Positions 18,872 through 29,235 of a stretch of 64,000 nt of DNA are shown here, piece by piece. Location of the stretch: contig JBDKTA010000014.1 in the NCBI GenBank assembly GCA_039680605.1, positions 29,232 through 93,231 of the forward strand, given 5' to 3'. The position numbers and the translations under genes were made by a program. Origin of the DNA: Planctomycetaceae bacterium (lineage in GTDB: Bacteria > Planctomycetota > Phycisphaerae > SM23-33). Positions within the stretch are counted from its first letter, which is position 1, and each line of letters starts with the position of its first letter. The notes beneath the pieces are model-generated. The model saw only the letters and a program-made list of their open reading frames with translations, did not search any database and was not told the DNA's origin.

Positions 18872-20026
18872 CTACCGCATCAACTGTTCGTAAAGAGCCC
18901 GCACCTGGTCAATCATGCGATGGAGACCAAATGCCGTCGCGCGCTGCGCCCCTGCCGCCGATAGCGCCTGCCGTCGCGGCGCACTGCCCAGAAGCTGCTC
19001 CACCGCACCGGCCAACGCGCGGGGATCTTCCGGCTCAACGAGCACCCCCCACTGCTGGTCGGCGACAATCTCCGGCAAGCCGCCCACCCGCGAGACCACC
19101 ACGGGCACGCCGGCCGACATCGCCTCAAGCACGGACACGCCGAAGCCTTCGCTGCGGCTGGGCAGCACATAGAGATCACTGTACCACAGCAACACCTTCA
19201 ATGCCTCCCGATCCAACCGCCCGACAAAATGCACACGATCCTGCAGACCCAACTGGGCGCACAGCGCCACCATGCGGGCGTTGGCTCGCCCCTGCGGCGA
19301 GCCGGCCACCGTCAGCGACAAGTCCCCGCGCCGGGCGAGCAACTGCTGCATCGACCGCAGGAGAATGTCCAGCCCCTTGATCTGCCAGTTCGTCCCCACC
19401 AGCACCAGCCGCCCCCCGGCAGGGCGCTGCGGCAGCGGGTCCGGCGGCAGGACGCCGGGGCGGATGAAGCAGGAAGTGTCGACGGCTTTGTAGATCGTGC
19501 AGACGCGAGACTCTTCCGGACGGTACGCCTCCAGCACGCGGCGGCGGGTGTAATTCGAGTTGCAGACGACTCGCGTGGCCGCGGGGATCACCTTCTGCTC
19601 CTGCACCCGGCGCCACAGCAGGCTCATCAACCGTCGCGGTCCTTTGCGGACCAGCGTACCGGCCAGATGAGCGGCCACGTCAGCCACTTCATAGTCATTG
19701 ACCTGCACCGCCCAGGGTCCGGGGTAGTTGACGAACTGGAACATCGCATGGGCGATGTTGCCGTGGATAATCGTCGACCGCTCGTATCCTGCGGCCACCC
19801 GCATCGCCAAGCGCCCGATGCGGTGATAGAGTGAACCGCGGGTATCGGCGCCATCGAGCGTGTGCAGGCGCGGGTGCGTTTGCGCCGCCGCCGGGGCGAC
19901 CAGGTGAAACTCCAGGTCCGGGTCGTCGCGAAATGCCTGCCAGAGATACTGGGCGTACATAGCCGGACCGTTAGCCACCTCGTCGAAGACCGTAGTGGCG
20001 AACACTATCCGCCGGACGGTCGTCAC
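18872..20026 (-). CDS. glycosyltransferase family 4
   Basis: EGFGVSVLEAMSAGVPVVVSRVGGLPEIV GT4 C-terminal signature. Confidence 0.8.
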   Translation of the reverse strand: MTTVRRIVFATTVFDEVANGPAMYAQYLWQAFRDDPDLEFHLVAPAAAQTHPRLHTLDGADTRGSLYHRIGRLAMRVAAGYERSTIIHGNIAHAMFQFVNYPGPWAVQVNDYEVADVAAHLAGTLVRKGPRRLMSLLWRRVQEQKVIPAATRVVCNSNYTRRRVLEAYRPEESRVCTIYKAVDTSCFIRPGVLPPDPLPQRPAGGRLVLVGTNWQIKGLDILLRSMQQLLARRGDLSLTVAGSPQGRANARMVALCAQLGLQDRVHFVGRLDREALKVLLWYSDLYVLPSRSEGFGVSVLEAMSAGVPVVVSRVGGLPEIVADQQWGVLVEPEDPRALAGAVEQLLGSAPRRQALSAAGAQRATAFGLHRMIDQVRALYEQLMR

Positions 20027-21099
20027 AGAATGGCCTCGTACATCTTTCTGACCTTCAGACCGATATCATGCCAGTCGTAGTGCTGGCGGGCGTACTGGCG
20101 GGCCTGCTGGCCGCGATGGAGGAGGTCGTCGTGGTTGATCGCCTCGGACAGGGCGGCATCGAGCGCGCCGCTCTGTTGGGGATCATAGCCAAAATACGCC
20201 TGCGGGCAGGCGACCTCCGGCAGGGCGCCCACGCGCGGGGCCACTACGCAGCGAGCGAAACTCATCGACAGCAGCAGGCTGCCGGAGTTGAGAATGTTCT
20301 TGAACGGCAGGGCCACCACGTCGGCGGCATTGAAGTAGACCTGCATCTGGTCGTCGGGCACTTCGCCGGCGTGAAGTCTTATTTGCAGGTAACCGGGAAG
20401 GGATTGTCGTGCCAGGTCTTCGAGTTCGGCGGCGAATTGATTACTCTCCGGCTGGCCTGCCAGCACCAGCACATCGCCGCGTTGTCCGGCGGCGCCGAAG
20501 GCGCGGATCAAGTCGTCCAATCCCTTGTAGCGCCGCATGCGCCCCAATGAAAGCACCACCCGCCGCGCCTGTTCGAGACCCAATCGGCGCCGCGCCTCGT
20601 CGCGGCTGACGGTGTTGGCATATTCGTCGATGTAGTGCCCGTGCGGAATCACCTCGACGCGCAGACCCGGCGGCAGGCGATAGGCTTCCTGCACCTGGTC
20701 GCGGGCGCTGTTGGACATGACCATCAGCGCGTCGCAGCGGTCCACGAGGCGCTGAAGCAGGCGGAGCTCTTGGGCGGCATCGGGGGCATCATGACCGATC
20801 AGGTTGTGAACGGTCCAGACCACCTTGTGCCGGCGCAGCCGCCTCAACCCGAGGTAGTACATCGCCCGCTTGACTCGCGTCAGCAGCCAGGTTCGACCAT
20901 GGTAGAAATCGTGCGGCCAGTCGAGGTGCAGCACGTCAATCGGAAACGAGGTGGCGTAGTGCAGGGGAAACAGCTTCCGCGGCGGGATGCGGATCACGTG
21001 CAGCCCCGCCGACTCCAGGGCGCCCGAGAATAGCCGCTGGTACGGGTTCGAGTCGAGATTGTATGGAAAATGTCCTACAGTGATCTTGCCCATTGCCAT
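20023..21099 (-). CDS. glycosyltransferase family 4
   Basis: GT-B fold with GT4-like C-terminal half (…ALPFKNILNSGSLLLSMSFARCVVAPRVGALPEV). Start trimmed to MAMGKITV just below the stop of the upstream deacetylase. Confidence 0.7.
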   Translation of the reverse strand: MAMGKITVGHFPYNLDSNPYQRLFSGALESAGLHVIRIPPRKLFPLHYATSFPIDVLHLDWPHDFYHGRTWLLTRVKRAMYYLGLRRLRRHKVVWTVHNLIGHDAPDAAQELRLLQRLVDRCDALMVMSNSARDQVQEAYRLPPGLRVEVIPHGHYIDEYANTVSRDEARRRLGLEQARRVVLSLGRMRRYKGLDDLIRAFGAAGQRGDVLVLAGQPESNQFAAELEDLARQSLPGYLQIRLHAGEVPDDQMQVYFNAADVVALPFKNILNSGSLLLSMSFARCVVAPRVGALPEVACPQAYFGYDPQQSGALDAALSEAINHDDLLHRGQQARQYARQHYDWHDIGLKVRKMYEAIL

Positions 21100-21107
21100 G
21101 TCGCCGC

Positions 21108-22124
21108 TCACGTTCCCTTCAGCGCGTGCTTCACACCACAGAGCGTCGCAAACAGGTGCGCGCGCCATGGTGTTGGCGGGAGCCCAAATCGGGGAACCGC
21201 CATAGCATCCGGACCGGGCACCCGAGCAGGAACGTTCATCAAACCCACGCGGTAATTGCACTCGGCGGCCAGAGTCATAGTTTCCTGATCCACTTCCGCA
21301 GGCCCGCCGTAAGGGTATACGATTACTTCCGGCGCCTGGCCAAGCCGCGCCGCCAGCATCGCACGCGACCGCTGCAGTTCTTCTCGCTTCTGGTCGTCAG
21401 GCAACAGGCTCAAAATTCGGTGGGACCACGTGTGCGAAGCAATCACGTGTCCGGCAGCCTGGAGGCTGCGTACCATCGGCCAGTCCATCGGGCTGAAGCG
21501 CTCCGGATGAACCGTTTCGCGGTGATAAGGCAGAGCATTGCATTCACAAAGAGTGCGGACCAACCTATATACGTCGGCGATCTTATGGCTGACCACATGA
21601 TCCTTAATGGCCGCGCCTATGGCATTGATGTTGTCAGCCCCGATGGCCACGGGTTGTCCGTAATGGTCCATGGGCAACCTCAGCGAGCGACCAACAGATT
21701 GCTGAAGGATCAGGTAGATGTGATCCCGCCACACGTGCGGAATATCGCCCTCGATGAGCCCAGGACAAACGGCAAATATTGCCGTAAGATTCCTTCGTGA
21801 CAGGATTGGGGCAATTGTGCTGTAGGCATTGAGCATGCCGTCGTCAAAGGTCAGTATCCATCCCTCTGAGGCTTCCTGCCCGATCATCCGTGCCGGCAGA
21901 ATCGGATAGTGCCGGGCCAGATAAGCTACCTGCGATTCAAAAACCTCTATCGTGCAGTCAACCCTGTAGGCAAATCCTTTCGACATCTCTCCGGCCGCCA
22001 GGACGTTGTGGTAGGAGAGGATCCCGGATCTCCTTCCCCATAGCGCCGCCCACAAGGCAGCTAGACCACTGTAGTAGATCGTGATCAGAAGGATGTCCCG
22101 AATGATCCACCGAAGCCTGCGCAT
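21108..22124 (-). CDS. polysaccharide deacetylase (NodB/CE4 family)
   Basis: NodB-homology motifs ...TFDDG... and ...HTWSHRIL.... Confidence 0.7.
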   Translation of the reverse strand: MRRLRWIIRDILLITIYYSGLAALWAALWGRRSGILSYHNVLAAGEMSKGFAYRVDCTIEVFESQVAYLARHYPILPARMIGQEASEGWILTFDDGMLNAYSTIAPILSRRNLTAIFAVCPGLIEGDIPHVWRDHIYLILQQSVGRSLRLPMDHYGQPVAIGADNINAIGAAIKDHVVSHKIADVYRLVRTLCECNALPYHRETVHPERFSPMDWPMVRSLQAAGHVIASHTWSHRILSLLPDDQKREELQRSRAMLAARLGQAPEVIVYPYGGPAEVDQETMTLAAECNYRVGLMNVPARVPGPDAMAVPRFGLPPTPWRAHLFATLCGVKHALKGT

Positions 22125-22138
22125 CGCACTCCTTTGCC

Positions 22139-22672
22139 TTAACGAAGGCGCGGCGCAAAATCCAGTTTGTAGGTCAGCGCATTGCTGCGTTGGCCGATGA
22201 TCTTGGCCGGTACGCCGCCCACGATGGCCAGCGGCGGAACGTCTTTGGTGACGACCGCCCCGGCCGCCACCACGGCTCCGCGCCCAATGGTCACTCCCGG
22301 TAAAATGGTCACGCGTGAGGCGATCCAGACATGATCCTCGATGGTGACCGGCCCTGCTTTTGTCGCATGCGAGTCGCTATTGGGATCATGCTCGAGGGTC
22401 CAGATATGCGTGTGCGTTCCGATATCCACGTCGTTGCCGATCCGCAGCGGACAGTCGCGCCCATCCAGAATGCAGTGAGCGTTTATGGCGGCCCGCTCGC
22501 CGATGAAGATATTCTGCGGGTTCATCAAATGCACGTGCATGCACATGAACGCCTTGGGTTCGAACGCCCCCAGCAGCCGCTGCAGCCAGAACCGGCGCCA
22601 ACGGCGAGACGGGGTGTGACTGACCCAGACGTTGTAGACATCCCTACAGAGTTTCGTAAGCCGCACGTTCAT
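22139..22672 (-). CDS. left-handed beta-helix (hexapeptide-repeat) sugar O-acetyltransferase
   Basis: Hexapeptide repeats IGTHTHIW...IEDHVWIASRVTILPGVTIGRGAVVAAGAVV (WbbJ/maltose-O-acetyltransferase-like). Confidence 0.75.
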   Translation of the reverse strand: MNVRLTKLCRDVYNVWVSHTPSRRWRRFWLQRLLGAFEPKAFMCMHVHLMNPQNIFIGERAAINAHCILDGRDCPLRIGNDVDIGTHTHIWTLEHDPNSDSHATKAGPVTIEDHVWIASRVTILPGVTIGRGAVVAAGAVVTKDVPPLAIVGGVPAKIIGQRSNALTYKLDFAPRLR

Positions 22673-22675
22673 GAG

Positions 22676-23803
22676 CTAATCTCTGAGCACCCGCCGGACG
22701 CGCGCCCCCAGACGCACAATGATCTCATAGGGGATTGTTCCGGCCATCTTCGCCAGATTCTCCACCGAATTCGGCGCTGCACGATCCGACGAGATCACCT
22801 CCACCTCGTCACCGACCGCCGCGCCGGCTATGCCGCTCAAGTCGATGATCGTCTGGTCCATCGATACACGACCGATGACCCGCGCATATTGACCGCGAAT
22901 GCCCATGCAGGCACGGTTGGAAAAACTCCGCAGATACCCGTCGGCGTAACCGATGGGCGCCAGACCGATACGTCCTGTCGCGGGCATGGCGTATGTCAAG
23001 CCGTATCCACAACGCGTACCCGCATCGACTTCTTTGACCTGCATCAGCCGGGCCGTCACCCGCAGCGCCGGCCGCAGCGATTCCTGACCGGGACAATCGT
23101 CGCCTGTTCGATATCCGTAGATCGCCAGCCCCGGACGCACCATATCCAGATGCGAGGCAGGAAAGCCCAGCGTGGCAGCCGAATTGGCCGCGTGGCAGAT
23201 CAAGGTTTCGGCGCCGTTGCAGGCCTTGGCGCACTGCTTCAACAAGTCCAGTTGCATGGCGGTATATGCCCAATCGCCTTCATCGGCCAGGGGCAGATGC
23301 GTGTAAAGCCCCTCCAGTCGCACCGCGGGATGAGAGGTTGCCGCCGTCAGGACGTGCTCAAACTGCCCTGGCAAAACCCCGCTGCGACCCATGCCCGTAT
23401 CGATCTTGACATGTACGCGCCCTCTTCTGCCTACTGACGCTGCGGCTTTTGCGACAGCCGCCACCTCGGCGGAACTGACTACACTGATCGTAACATCGTG
23501 CCGCACCAATTCCGCCAGAGTCGATTCAGCCTGCCCTTCCTCCATGACGCCAGGAGTAAAGAACACCAGCAGCGGTACGTCGGTGGCAATGCGGCGCACG
23601 TCAAGGGCCTCATCGGCCGTAGCCACCGCCAGTGCATCCACGTGGGGCAGAATCACCGGCAGCAGAATGTCCATGCCATGCCCGTAGCAGTCCGCCTTGA
23701 CGACGCCACAGAGCTTGACGCCGCTGCGCAGGGAAGCGCGGACCGTCTGAAGATTGGCGACCAGGCTGGAGGCGGCGATCTGTGCGGTCAAACAGGTATT
23801 CAT
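22676..23803 (-). CDS. alr: alanine racemase
   Basis: PLP-lysine motif VVKADCYGHG near the N-terminus. 375 aa, full two-domain length. Confidence 0.85.
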   Translation of the reverse strand: MNTCLTAQIAASSLVANLQTVRASLRSGVKLCGVVKADCYGHGMDILLPVILPHVDALAVATADEALDVRRIATDVPLLVFFTPGVMEEGQAESTLAELVRHDVTISVVSSAEVAAVAKAAASVGRRGRVHVKIDTGMGRSGVLPGQFEHVLTAATSHPAVRLEGLYTHLPLADEGDWAYTAMQLDLLKQCAKACNGAETLICHAANSAATLGFPASHLDMVRPGLAIYGYRTGDDCPGQESLRPALRVTARLMQVKEVDAGTRCGYGLTYAMPATGRIGLAPIGYADGYLRSFSNRACMGIRGQYARVIGRVSMDQTIIDLSGIAGAAVGDEVEVISSDRAAPNSVENLAKMAGTIPYEIIVRLGARVRRVLRD

Positions 23804-23810
23804 GCCTATC

Positions 23811-25010
23811 TCAACGGCTCGGACCTATCCCGCTCGCCAGGCGAGGGGGCAGGAAGCCTCGGAAGAAATCGGCCATCGTCTCACCCCAGACGTCCCAGTT
23901 CAGCCGTCGCTCATACTCATCGCGTGACGAGACTCGCATGGCCTGAAGGCGGACGGGATCGTTCCACAGATCCGCGATGACCTTGGCGTAGGCGTCCCCC
24001 CGGGCCGACAGGGGCAATCGAAAGCCGTTTAGGCCGTCGGTGATCACGCCCGAGACGCCTCCGACGTCTGTGCCGATGGCGGGCAGACCAAATGCATTGC
24101 CCTCAGCGTAGACGATGCCGTAAGCCTCCGACCGCGTCGGCACCACCAGAAAATCCGATTGTATCAGCAGGGCGGCCAGTTCGCGGCAGCCGGTTGGTTC
24201 CGTCTTGTCCAGGAAGGGGATGACCTTGATGTCTCGGCCGACGATCGCCTCCGGCGGCGGCGTGCAACCGACGATGGTCAGTTGAGCCCGGATGCCCATG
24301 GCACCAAGCCGGTCGAAAGCTTCAACCAAGATATCGCCCCCTTTGCGCTGCCAATCGACGCCGACAAAAATCATGCGGCAGCAGTTTCCTTGGCGGCGAT
24401 CAAGAACCGCTTGGCGCGACGGGACATACTCTGGTTCGATGTTGGCCGCCATCGGAGCCAGAACAACTCTCGCGGCATCGGCGCCGTAGTTGTGTACCAG
24501 CGACTGGCGGGCCCAGTCGCTGGCCACGGCGATGCCTGCACAACGGCTAACCGCGTTGCGGACCAGTTGCGAAGCCTGCCGCATATTTCGTCGGGGGCGG
24601 TTGGTTGTGCCCCGGTACCATCCCATGCGCATGGAGTCCAGCGGCGTCATGTCCCGATACATGAACAACGGCAAGGGGCTGCTAACGTCAGCCAAGAGCG
24701 GCGCCGCTTCGAACAGGCCCAGCACCAGGTCAGGTTGGACTCGATCGATCTGCTCGTCCAGCCCTGCGGCACAACGCCTGTTGTATTGGGGCGTAAATGC
24801 GTAAACGATTTTCTTGCCGACCAAGGCTCGTTCGAGTTTCCATAGCGCACGTCTAACCAGCGGAGGTGACACCTTTGGGATGGGCCCCAGGTCTATGGTC
24901 TCACCGCAGTGCCTCCAGAGAGCCTGCGCCATTCGGAAAGGCGTTCCACTGGCGCTGACCTTGTCGGCCAGACCGCATGTGGCAATGATACCTATGCGTA
25001 TCCTGCTCAT
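23811..25010 (-). CDS. glycosyltransferase family 4
   Basis: TRSEAYGIVYAEGNAFGLPAIGTDVGGVSGVI GT4 motif. Confidence 0.8.
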   Translation of the reverse strand: MSRIRIGIIATCGLADKVSASGTPFRMAQALWRHCGETIDLGPIPKVSPPLVRRALWKLERALVGKKIVYAFTPQYNRRCAAGLDEQIDRVQPDLVLGLFEAAPLLADVSSPLPLFMYRDMTPLDSMRMGWYRGTTNRPRRNMRQASQLVRNAVSRCAGIAVASDWARQSLVHNYGADAARVVLAPMAANIEPEYVPSRQAVLDRRQGNCCRMIFVGVDWQRKGGDILVEAFDRLGAMGIRAQLTIVGCTPPPEAIVGRDIKVIPFLDKTEPTGCRELAALLIQSDFLVVPTRSEAYGIVYAEGNAFGLPAIGTDVGGVSGVITDGLNGFRLPLSARGDAYAKVIADLWNDPVRLQAMRVSSRDEYERRLNWDVWGETMADFFRGFLPPRLASGIGPSR

Positions 25011-25024
25011 CGTCGCTGCGAGCC

Positions 25025-26671
25025 TTAGTCCCGCACGAAGTCCTCTCGCTGATCGAGAATCGCCTGGCAGACGAAGTCCAGGTCGGCCATCCGCCCCGGC
25101 AGCAGATCGTCCAGCGATTTGATCTCGTAGCCCCTGCAGTCGAGATAACGCTTCTCCCGAACCAGCGGAATGTGGTGCTGGTACTTGAAGAACCGCACCA
25201 GCACATACTTCAGTGCCAGCTCGCGCATGTCCGGGGTGTATTGGCCGGGCAGTTCAGCGGCCCGGGCAATTATCGTCTCGTAGGCCGCAAAAGATTCCAC
25301 GTCAAAGGTGAATCCTTTGCCCCGGTAGTGCGCCTGCGACACGGGGATCACCGGTTTGCCCAGCGCCGCCATCTCCAACCCGGCCGTCGAGGTGTGGGCG
25401 ATGCCCACATCGACGGCCTTCATCAAGCTCATCGGATTCATGTGGACTCCGGCGGGCAGGATCGTGACGTTGGCGGGCAGTTTCGGGAACTGCCGGCGAA
25501 TTTCCTCGCCCACAAACAGCTTGGTCCCGCGCATGACTTCGGCCGGATGAGGCTTGACGATCAGGTGCAGATTGGGATGGCGCGACACGATCTCGATGGT
25601 CTTGGCAACCCATTCCAGCGTGTTGCTGAAGACCAGGTCGCGTCCGACGGCCGCGGCGTCCCACACCAGGTTGCTCACCAGCAGCAAGGCGGTCTTTTCC
25701 GACGCAATGCCCAGCGCCGCCCGCAACTGCACCGGGTCCGATGGCGGAGCGTCGGAGTACTTGCAGGACTCTTTGGCGAAGGTCTCGCGGCTGGCCAGAT
25801 AGTCCAACGCCTCCTGGCGCTGGGGCGGGGTCATCGGCCGGTTCTTCCATCGGCCATTCCAGGCCGGGCCGATGTCGCCATTCTGGGGGCTCGAGTCCCA
25901 ATTGAACTGGAAGCGGTTGGGCCCGGGCTGGCGGTCGTAGGCCGCCACTCGGACGCCGCGTTTGAGAAAGACCGAAAGCGCGGGCTCCCAGGAGGTGTAA
26001 ATCCCGTGGCTCATCAGCGCTGCATGGATGGGTCCTTCGTCCGCAAGTCGCTGCGCCGCGTGCTTGGTAATCAGCGCCGAAACGACGTACTGTCGCAGGA
26101 CGTCGATGTCCGCGGCGGTGGAATCAAGAGACGCTCTACGGAAATGCCTCATCGCCACCATCATGGCAGGACGTCCTACGGGCACGCCCTCATATTCAAA
26201 CTGCAGCGCGTTGTCGGCAGTAACGCTCATGGCCACTTGCCGGTACCGCTCGAGGCTGGCGGGGTCTACCAACTCGCTGATCAGCCGCACAGTCAAGGGC
26301 AGGCCTTGCGTCATACGGCGGCGGTTGTCCATGCATCGCCGGCAGAAGCTTTCCTTGTTGGCCATGGTATCGGCCACCGTCAGTTCGCACAGGGGAAATA
26401 CAAAGTCGTCGAAGATCATTTCGACGCGCGCCCCCCGGGCATTGAGCGCCAGTGCCAGCGGCACTTCGAAGTTGGTCAAATACATGTTGCCGATCATCGA
26501 CATGTACACGACGCGCGGCCCTTGCGGGTGGGCGGCGAAGCGACTTATATCCGTCGTACGCCGCATGACCTCCCTCCAGGCCGCGTGCCTGCCGGAATAA
26601 ATCCAGTGCTTGTGCAGCTTCGCCACCGGCGAGCGAAACGGCCCTAAGAACCGTCCAATACCTTTGCTCAT
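25025..26671 (-). CDS. capsule polysaccharide biosynthesis-family protein (KpsC/KpsS/LpsZ-like ulosonic-acid transferase candidate)
   Basis: C-terminal ...LIVKPHPAEV...AVDVGIAHTSTAGLEMAALGKPVIPV... matches the Capsule_synth family pattern. Start at MSKGIG, internal to the ORF-track start that overlaps the upstream gene. Confidence 0.5.
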   Translation of the reverse strand: MSKGIGRFLGPFRSPVAKLHKHWIYSGRHAAWREVMRRTTDISRFAAHPQGPRVVYMSMIGNMYLTNFEVPLALALNARGARVEMIFDDFVFPLCELTVADTMANKESFCRRCMDNRRRMTQGLPLTVRLISELVDPASLERYRQVAMSVTADNALQFEYEGVPVGRPAMMVAMRHFRRASLDSTAADIDVLRQYVVSALITKHAAQRLADEGPIHAALMSHGIYTSWEPALSVFLKRGVRVAAYDRQPGPNRFQFNWDSSPQNGDIGPAWNGRWKNRPMTPPQRQEALDYLASRETFAKESCKYSDAPPSDPVQLRAALGIASEKTALLLVSNLVWDAAAVGRDLVFSNTLEWVAKTIEIVSRHPNLHLIVKPHPAEVMRGTKLFVGEEIRRQFPKLPANVTILPAGVHMNPMSLMKAVDVGIAHTSTAGLEMAALGKPVIPVSQAHYRGKGFTFDVESFAAYETIIARAAELPGQYTPDMRELALKYVLVRFFKYQHHIPLVREKRYLDCRGYEIKSLDDLLPGRMADLDFVCQAILDQREDFVRD

Positions 26672-26684
26672 GAAAATATCCTGT

Positions 26685-27440
26685 TCAGGAACTGGCGGGG
26701 CTTTGTTGCGGCCGCACCATCTCCGGCGGATGCTTTGCCAGGATCCATTCAGCCATGTCCCACTGCTGCTGGTTGTCGATGTCGATGGCGTAGCATCGGT
26801 CGATGACCAGGGGCAGGATGCGGTCACCCGAAAGCGAGCGCTTGTCCAGCACCGTCTGGCGGCGGAAGACGTCCAGATGCCCTGTCTGCCAGAAGGTGGC
26901 GGGCAGGCTCTGGCGCGGTTGATTGTACGGCTCGGCCAGGTCGCAGCTCAGCAGCGGTTCCATGTGGTCGCCCACCAGGCGCCACATCTTATAGGGGTTC
27001 TCGCCCGATGGCGTCACCGTTCGCACGCAATCGGCGGCCGGGTCTTCCAGCAGTTTGACGACGGCCTCATCCACGCAGCCCAGCGGCCGAAACGGCGAGG
27101 TCGGCCTCAGTTGCACCAGGATGTCCGGTTCGTAGCCTTCGGCGTCTTTGAGGGCGCGCAGGGCGTGCTCGAAGACCGGCCAATCGGTGGTCCGGTCCTG
27201 GGCCAGGTCGGCCGGGCGGAGGAAGGGAACTTCTGCGCCGCACTGACGAGCAACGGCGGCGATCTCTTCACTGTCGGTCGAGACGATGGTGCGCGTGACG
27301 AGCTTCGACTTCAGGCCGGCCGCGACGCTGTAGGCGATCAGCGGAAATCCCGCCAGCGGCTTGATGTTCTTGCCCGGAAGGCCCTTGGACCCGCCGCGGG
27401 CGGGGATCAGGGCCAGCACCTCTGTGCGGCGGTTCACCAT
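26685..27440 (-). CDS. CMP-sugar synthetase (acylneuraminate / 3-deoxy-ulosonate cytidylyltransferase family)
   Basis: VLALIPARGGSKGLPGKNIKPLAGFPLIAYSV N-terminal CTP-transf_3 signature. Start at internal Met (MVNRR...). Confidence 0.75.
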   Translation of the reverse strand: MVNRRTEVLALIPARGGSKGLPGKNIKPLAGFPLIAYSVAAGLKSKLVTRTIVSTDSEEIAAVARQCGAEVPFLRPADLAQDRTTDWPVFEHALRALKDAEGYEPDILVQLRPTSPFRPLGCVDEAVVKLLEDPAADCVRTVTPSGENPYKMWRLVGDHMEPLLSCDLAEPYNQPRQSLPATFWQTGHLDVFRRQTVLDKRSLSGDRILPLVIDRCYAIDIDNQQQWDMAEWILAKHPPEMVRPQQSPASS

Positions 27441-28243
27441 GCGCTCCAACCCCCGTCGCAGACGAGATTCGAGCCGGTCATGTATGATGAGGCGTCGGAA
27501 ATCAGGAACGCCAGCGCCCCGCAATATTCGTCTTTGCGGGCCATGCGGCCCATCGGCGTGCGCGAGCTGTATCGCCGCACGAACTCCTCAGCGTGGTTGT
27601 TGTACACTCCGCCGATGGTCAGCGTGTTGGTGCGGATGCCCTTGAGCCCATAGTACGTCGCGAGGTACTTCGTGAAGCCGAACACCGCGCTCTTGGTCAC
27701 GGTGTACGTGACGGGCTTGTAGTTGACCGGCTTGGACGGATCGTCGCTCTCGTAGAGCCGCTGGTCGGGCCCGCACATGCCGTAGGTGCTGGAGATATTG
27801 ATGATCGTCCCCGCGCCCTGCGATAGCATGTGCGGCACCACCGCTTGCGTGCATAGAAACATGCCCGTCAGGTTCACGTCCAGCGACTGCTGCCAGACCT
27901 CCAGGGGGAGATTCTCGAAGGCGCTGGTGTGCTTGCCGGCATTGCCCGGATCAAATTTTGGATCCAACGCCGCGTTGTTGACAAGGCTGTCGATGCGCCC
28001 GAACGCGTCGAGCACGGCGGCCACCATCGCCCTGACGCTGTCGGGGTCGACGATGTCAACGGTCACGGCTATCGAGCCGGGCACTTTCTTGGCCAGTGCG
28101 GCGGCGCGGTCGCTGTTGGCGTCGGCCACCGCCACGCGGGCGCCCATATCGGACAGCGCGGCGGCGTACTCGCTGCCGAGCATGCCGGCCCCGCCGGTGA
28201 TGATCACGCTTTTGCCCGCAACGTCGAAGCGATTCTTAGACAT
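27434..28243 (-). CDS. SDR-family oxidoreductase
   Basis: TGGAGMLG Rossmann motif and YxxxK region (SSTYG...). Confidence 0.8.
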   Translation of the reverse strand: MSKNRFDVAGKSVIITGGAGMLGSEYAAALSDMGARVAVADANSDRAAALAKKVPGSIAVTVDIVDPDSVRAMVAAVLDAFGRIDSLVNNAALDPKFDPGNAGKHTSAFENLPLEVWQQSLDVNLTGMFLCTQAVVPHMLSQGAGTIINISSTYGMCGPDQRLYESDDPSKPVNYKPVTYTVTKSAVFGFTKYLATYYGLKGIRTNTLTIGGVYNNHAEEFVRRYSSRTPMGRMARKDEYCGALAFLISDASSYMTGSNLVCDGGWSAW

Positions 28244-29234
28244 GCACGTCTCTCCTCTGTTGTGCGGCCTCTTTGACAGCCAAGGCGATCTTCAGCGCCG
28301 CAATGCCGTCGTCCAGACCGCAGCGGGGGCTCTGGGCGCCATCGATGCATAGCAGAAAATGCTTCATTTCGTCGAGGAACATCGTGTTTCGCTCGAAGCC
28401 TTCTGGGACGGCATGCGTCGTCCAGCTCTGGGGTCCTGCGCGATACAACCGCGCCGTGCCATCCGCGTTGTCCCAAGCCAGCGTGCCCTCGCGCCCGACG
28501 ATCGTCAGCCAGTGCGCGGTCGGCCGCTGGAGATAGTCCAGGTATACACTCGCCACGGCCCCGCCGGCGAAACGCAGCGACGCCATACAGACGTCCTCGG
28601 TATCGGTATCAAGCACGTCGGATCGCGCCGAAGCTGCAACCGATTCCACTTCGCCCAGCATCCAGTGCAGATAATTGAACGGGTGGCACAGGGTCAGCGT
28701 AACGCCGCCGCCCAGGTCGGCCCGCGCGCTGTAGCTGTCGCGGTAGTCTTCCCACGGATGCCACTGCGGCAGATACTCGCCCCAATGCGCCTGGGCCGAC
28801 ACCACCGCGCCGATCGCGCCGTCCTTGAGCCATGCCCGGAGTTGGATCAGACCGGGGTGGAACAGAAACTGAAAGCCGACCAGCACGGCCAGTCGATTGG
28901 CCCGCACGACCTGCGACAACGCGTCGACCCCTTCCGGCGAATGCGAGAGGGGCTTTTCAATCAACAGATGGCAGCCCGCCTGGGCCGCCTGAAGCGCCAC
29001 GGGAAGATGCAGTGAAGTGGGGTTGCTGACGATGACCGCCTGCGGACGCTTGGCAAGGCCTGCGGCCAGGTCGTGTACCGTCGGCAGGGCAGACAATTCA
29101 TCGTCGGCCATCGTGCTCTTGCCGCTACGGTAGAGCACGATGTTGCGATGTCCCAGCGACTGGAGATTCCGCAGATGGCGCCGGCCGATGCTGCCCAGGC
29201 CGGCAATCAGGATAGGGCGTGTGGGATCAGGCAA
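28236..29234 (-). CDS. Gfo/Idh/MocA-family oxidoreductase
   Basis: ILIAGLGSIGRRH NAD-binding N-terminus plus C-terminal alpha/beta domain. Confidence 0.8.
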   Translation of the reverse strand: MPDPTRPILIAGLGSIGRRHLRNLQSLGHRNIVLYRSGKSTMADDELSALPTVHDLAAGLAKRPQAVIVSNPTSLHLPVALQAAQAGCHLLIEKPLSHSPEGVDALSQVVRANRLAVLVGFQFLFHPGLIQLRAWLKDGAIGAVVSAQAHWGEYLPQWHPWEDYRDSYSARADLGGGVTLTLCHPFNYLHWMLGEVESVAASARSDVLDTDTEDVCMASLRFAGGAVASVYLDYLQRPTAHWLTIVGREGTLAWDNADGTARLYRAGPQSWTTHAVPEGFERNTMFLDEMKHFLLCIDGAQSPRCGLDDGIAALKIALAVKEAAQQRRDVHV

Positions 29235-29235
29235 A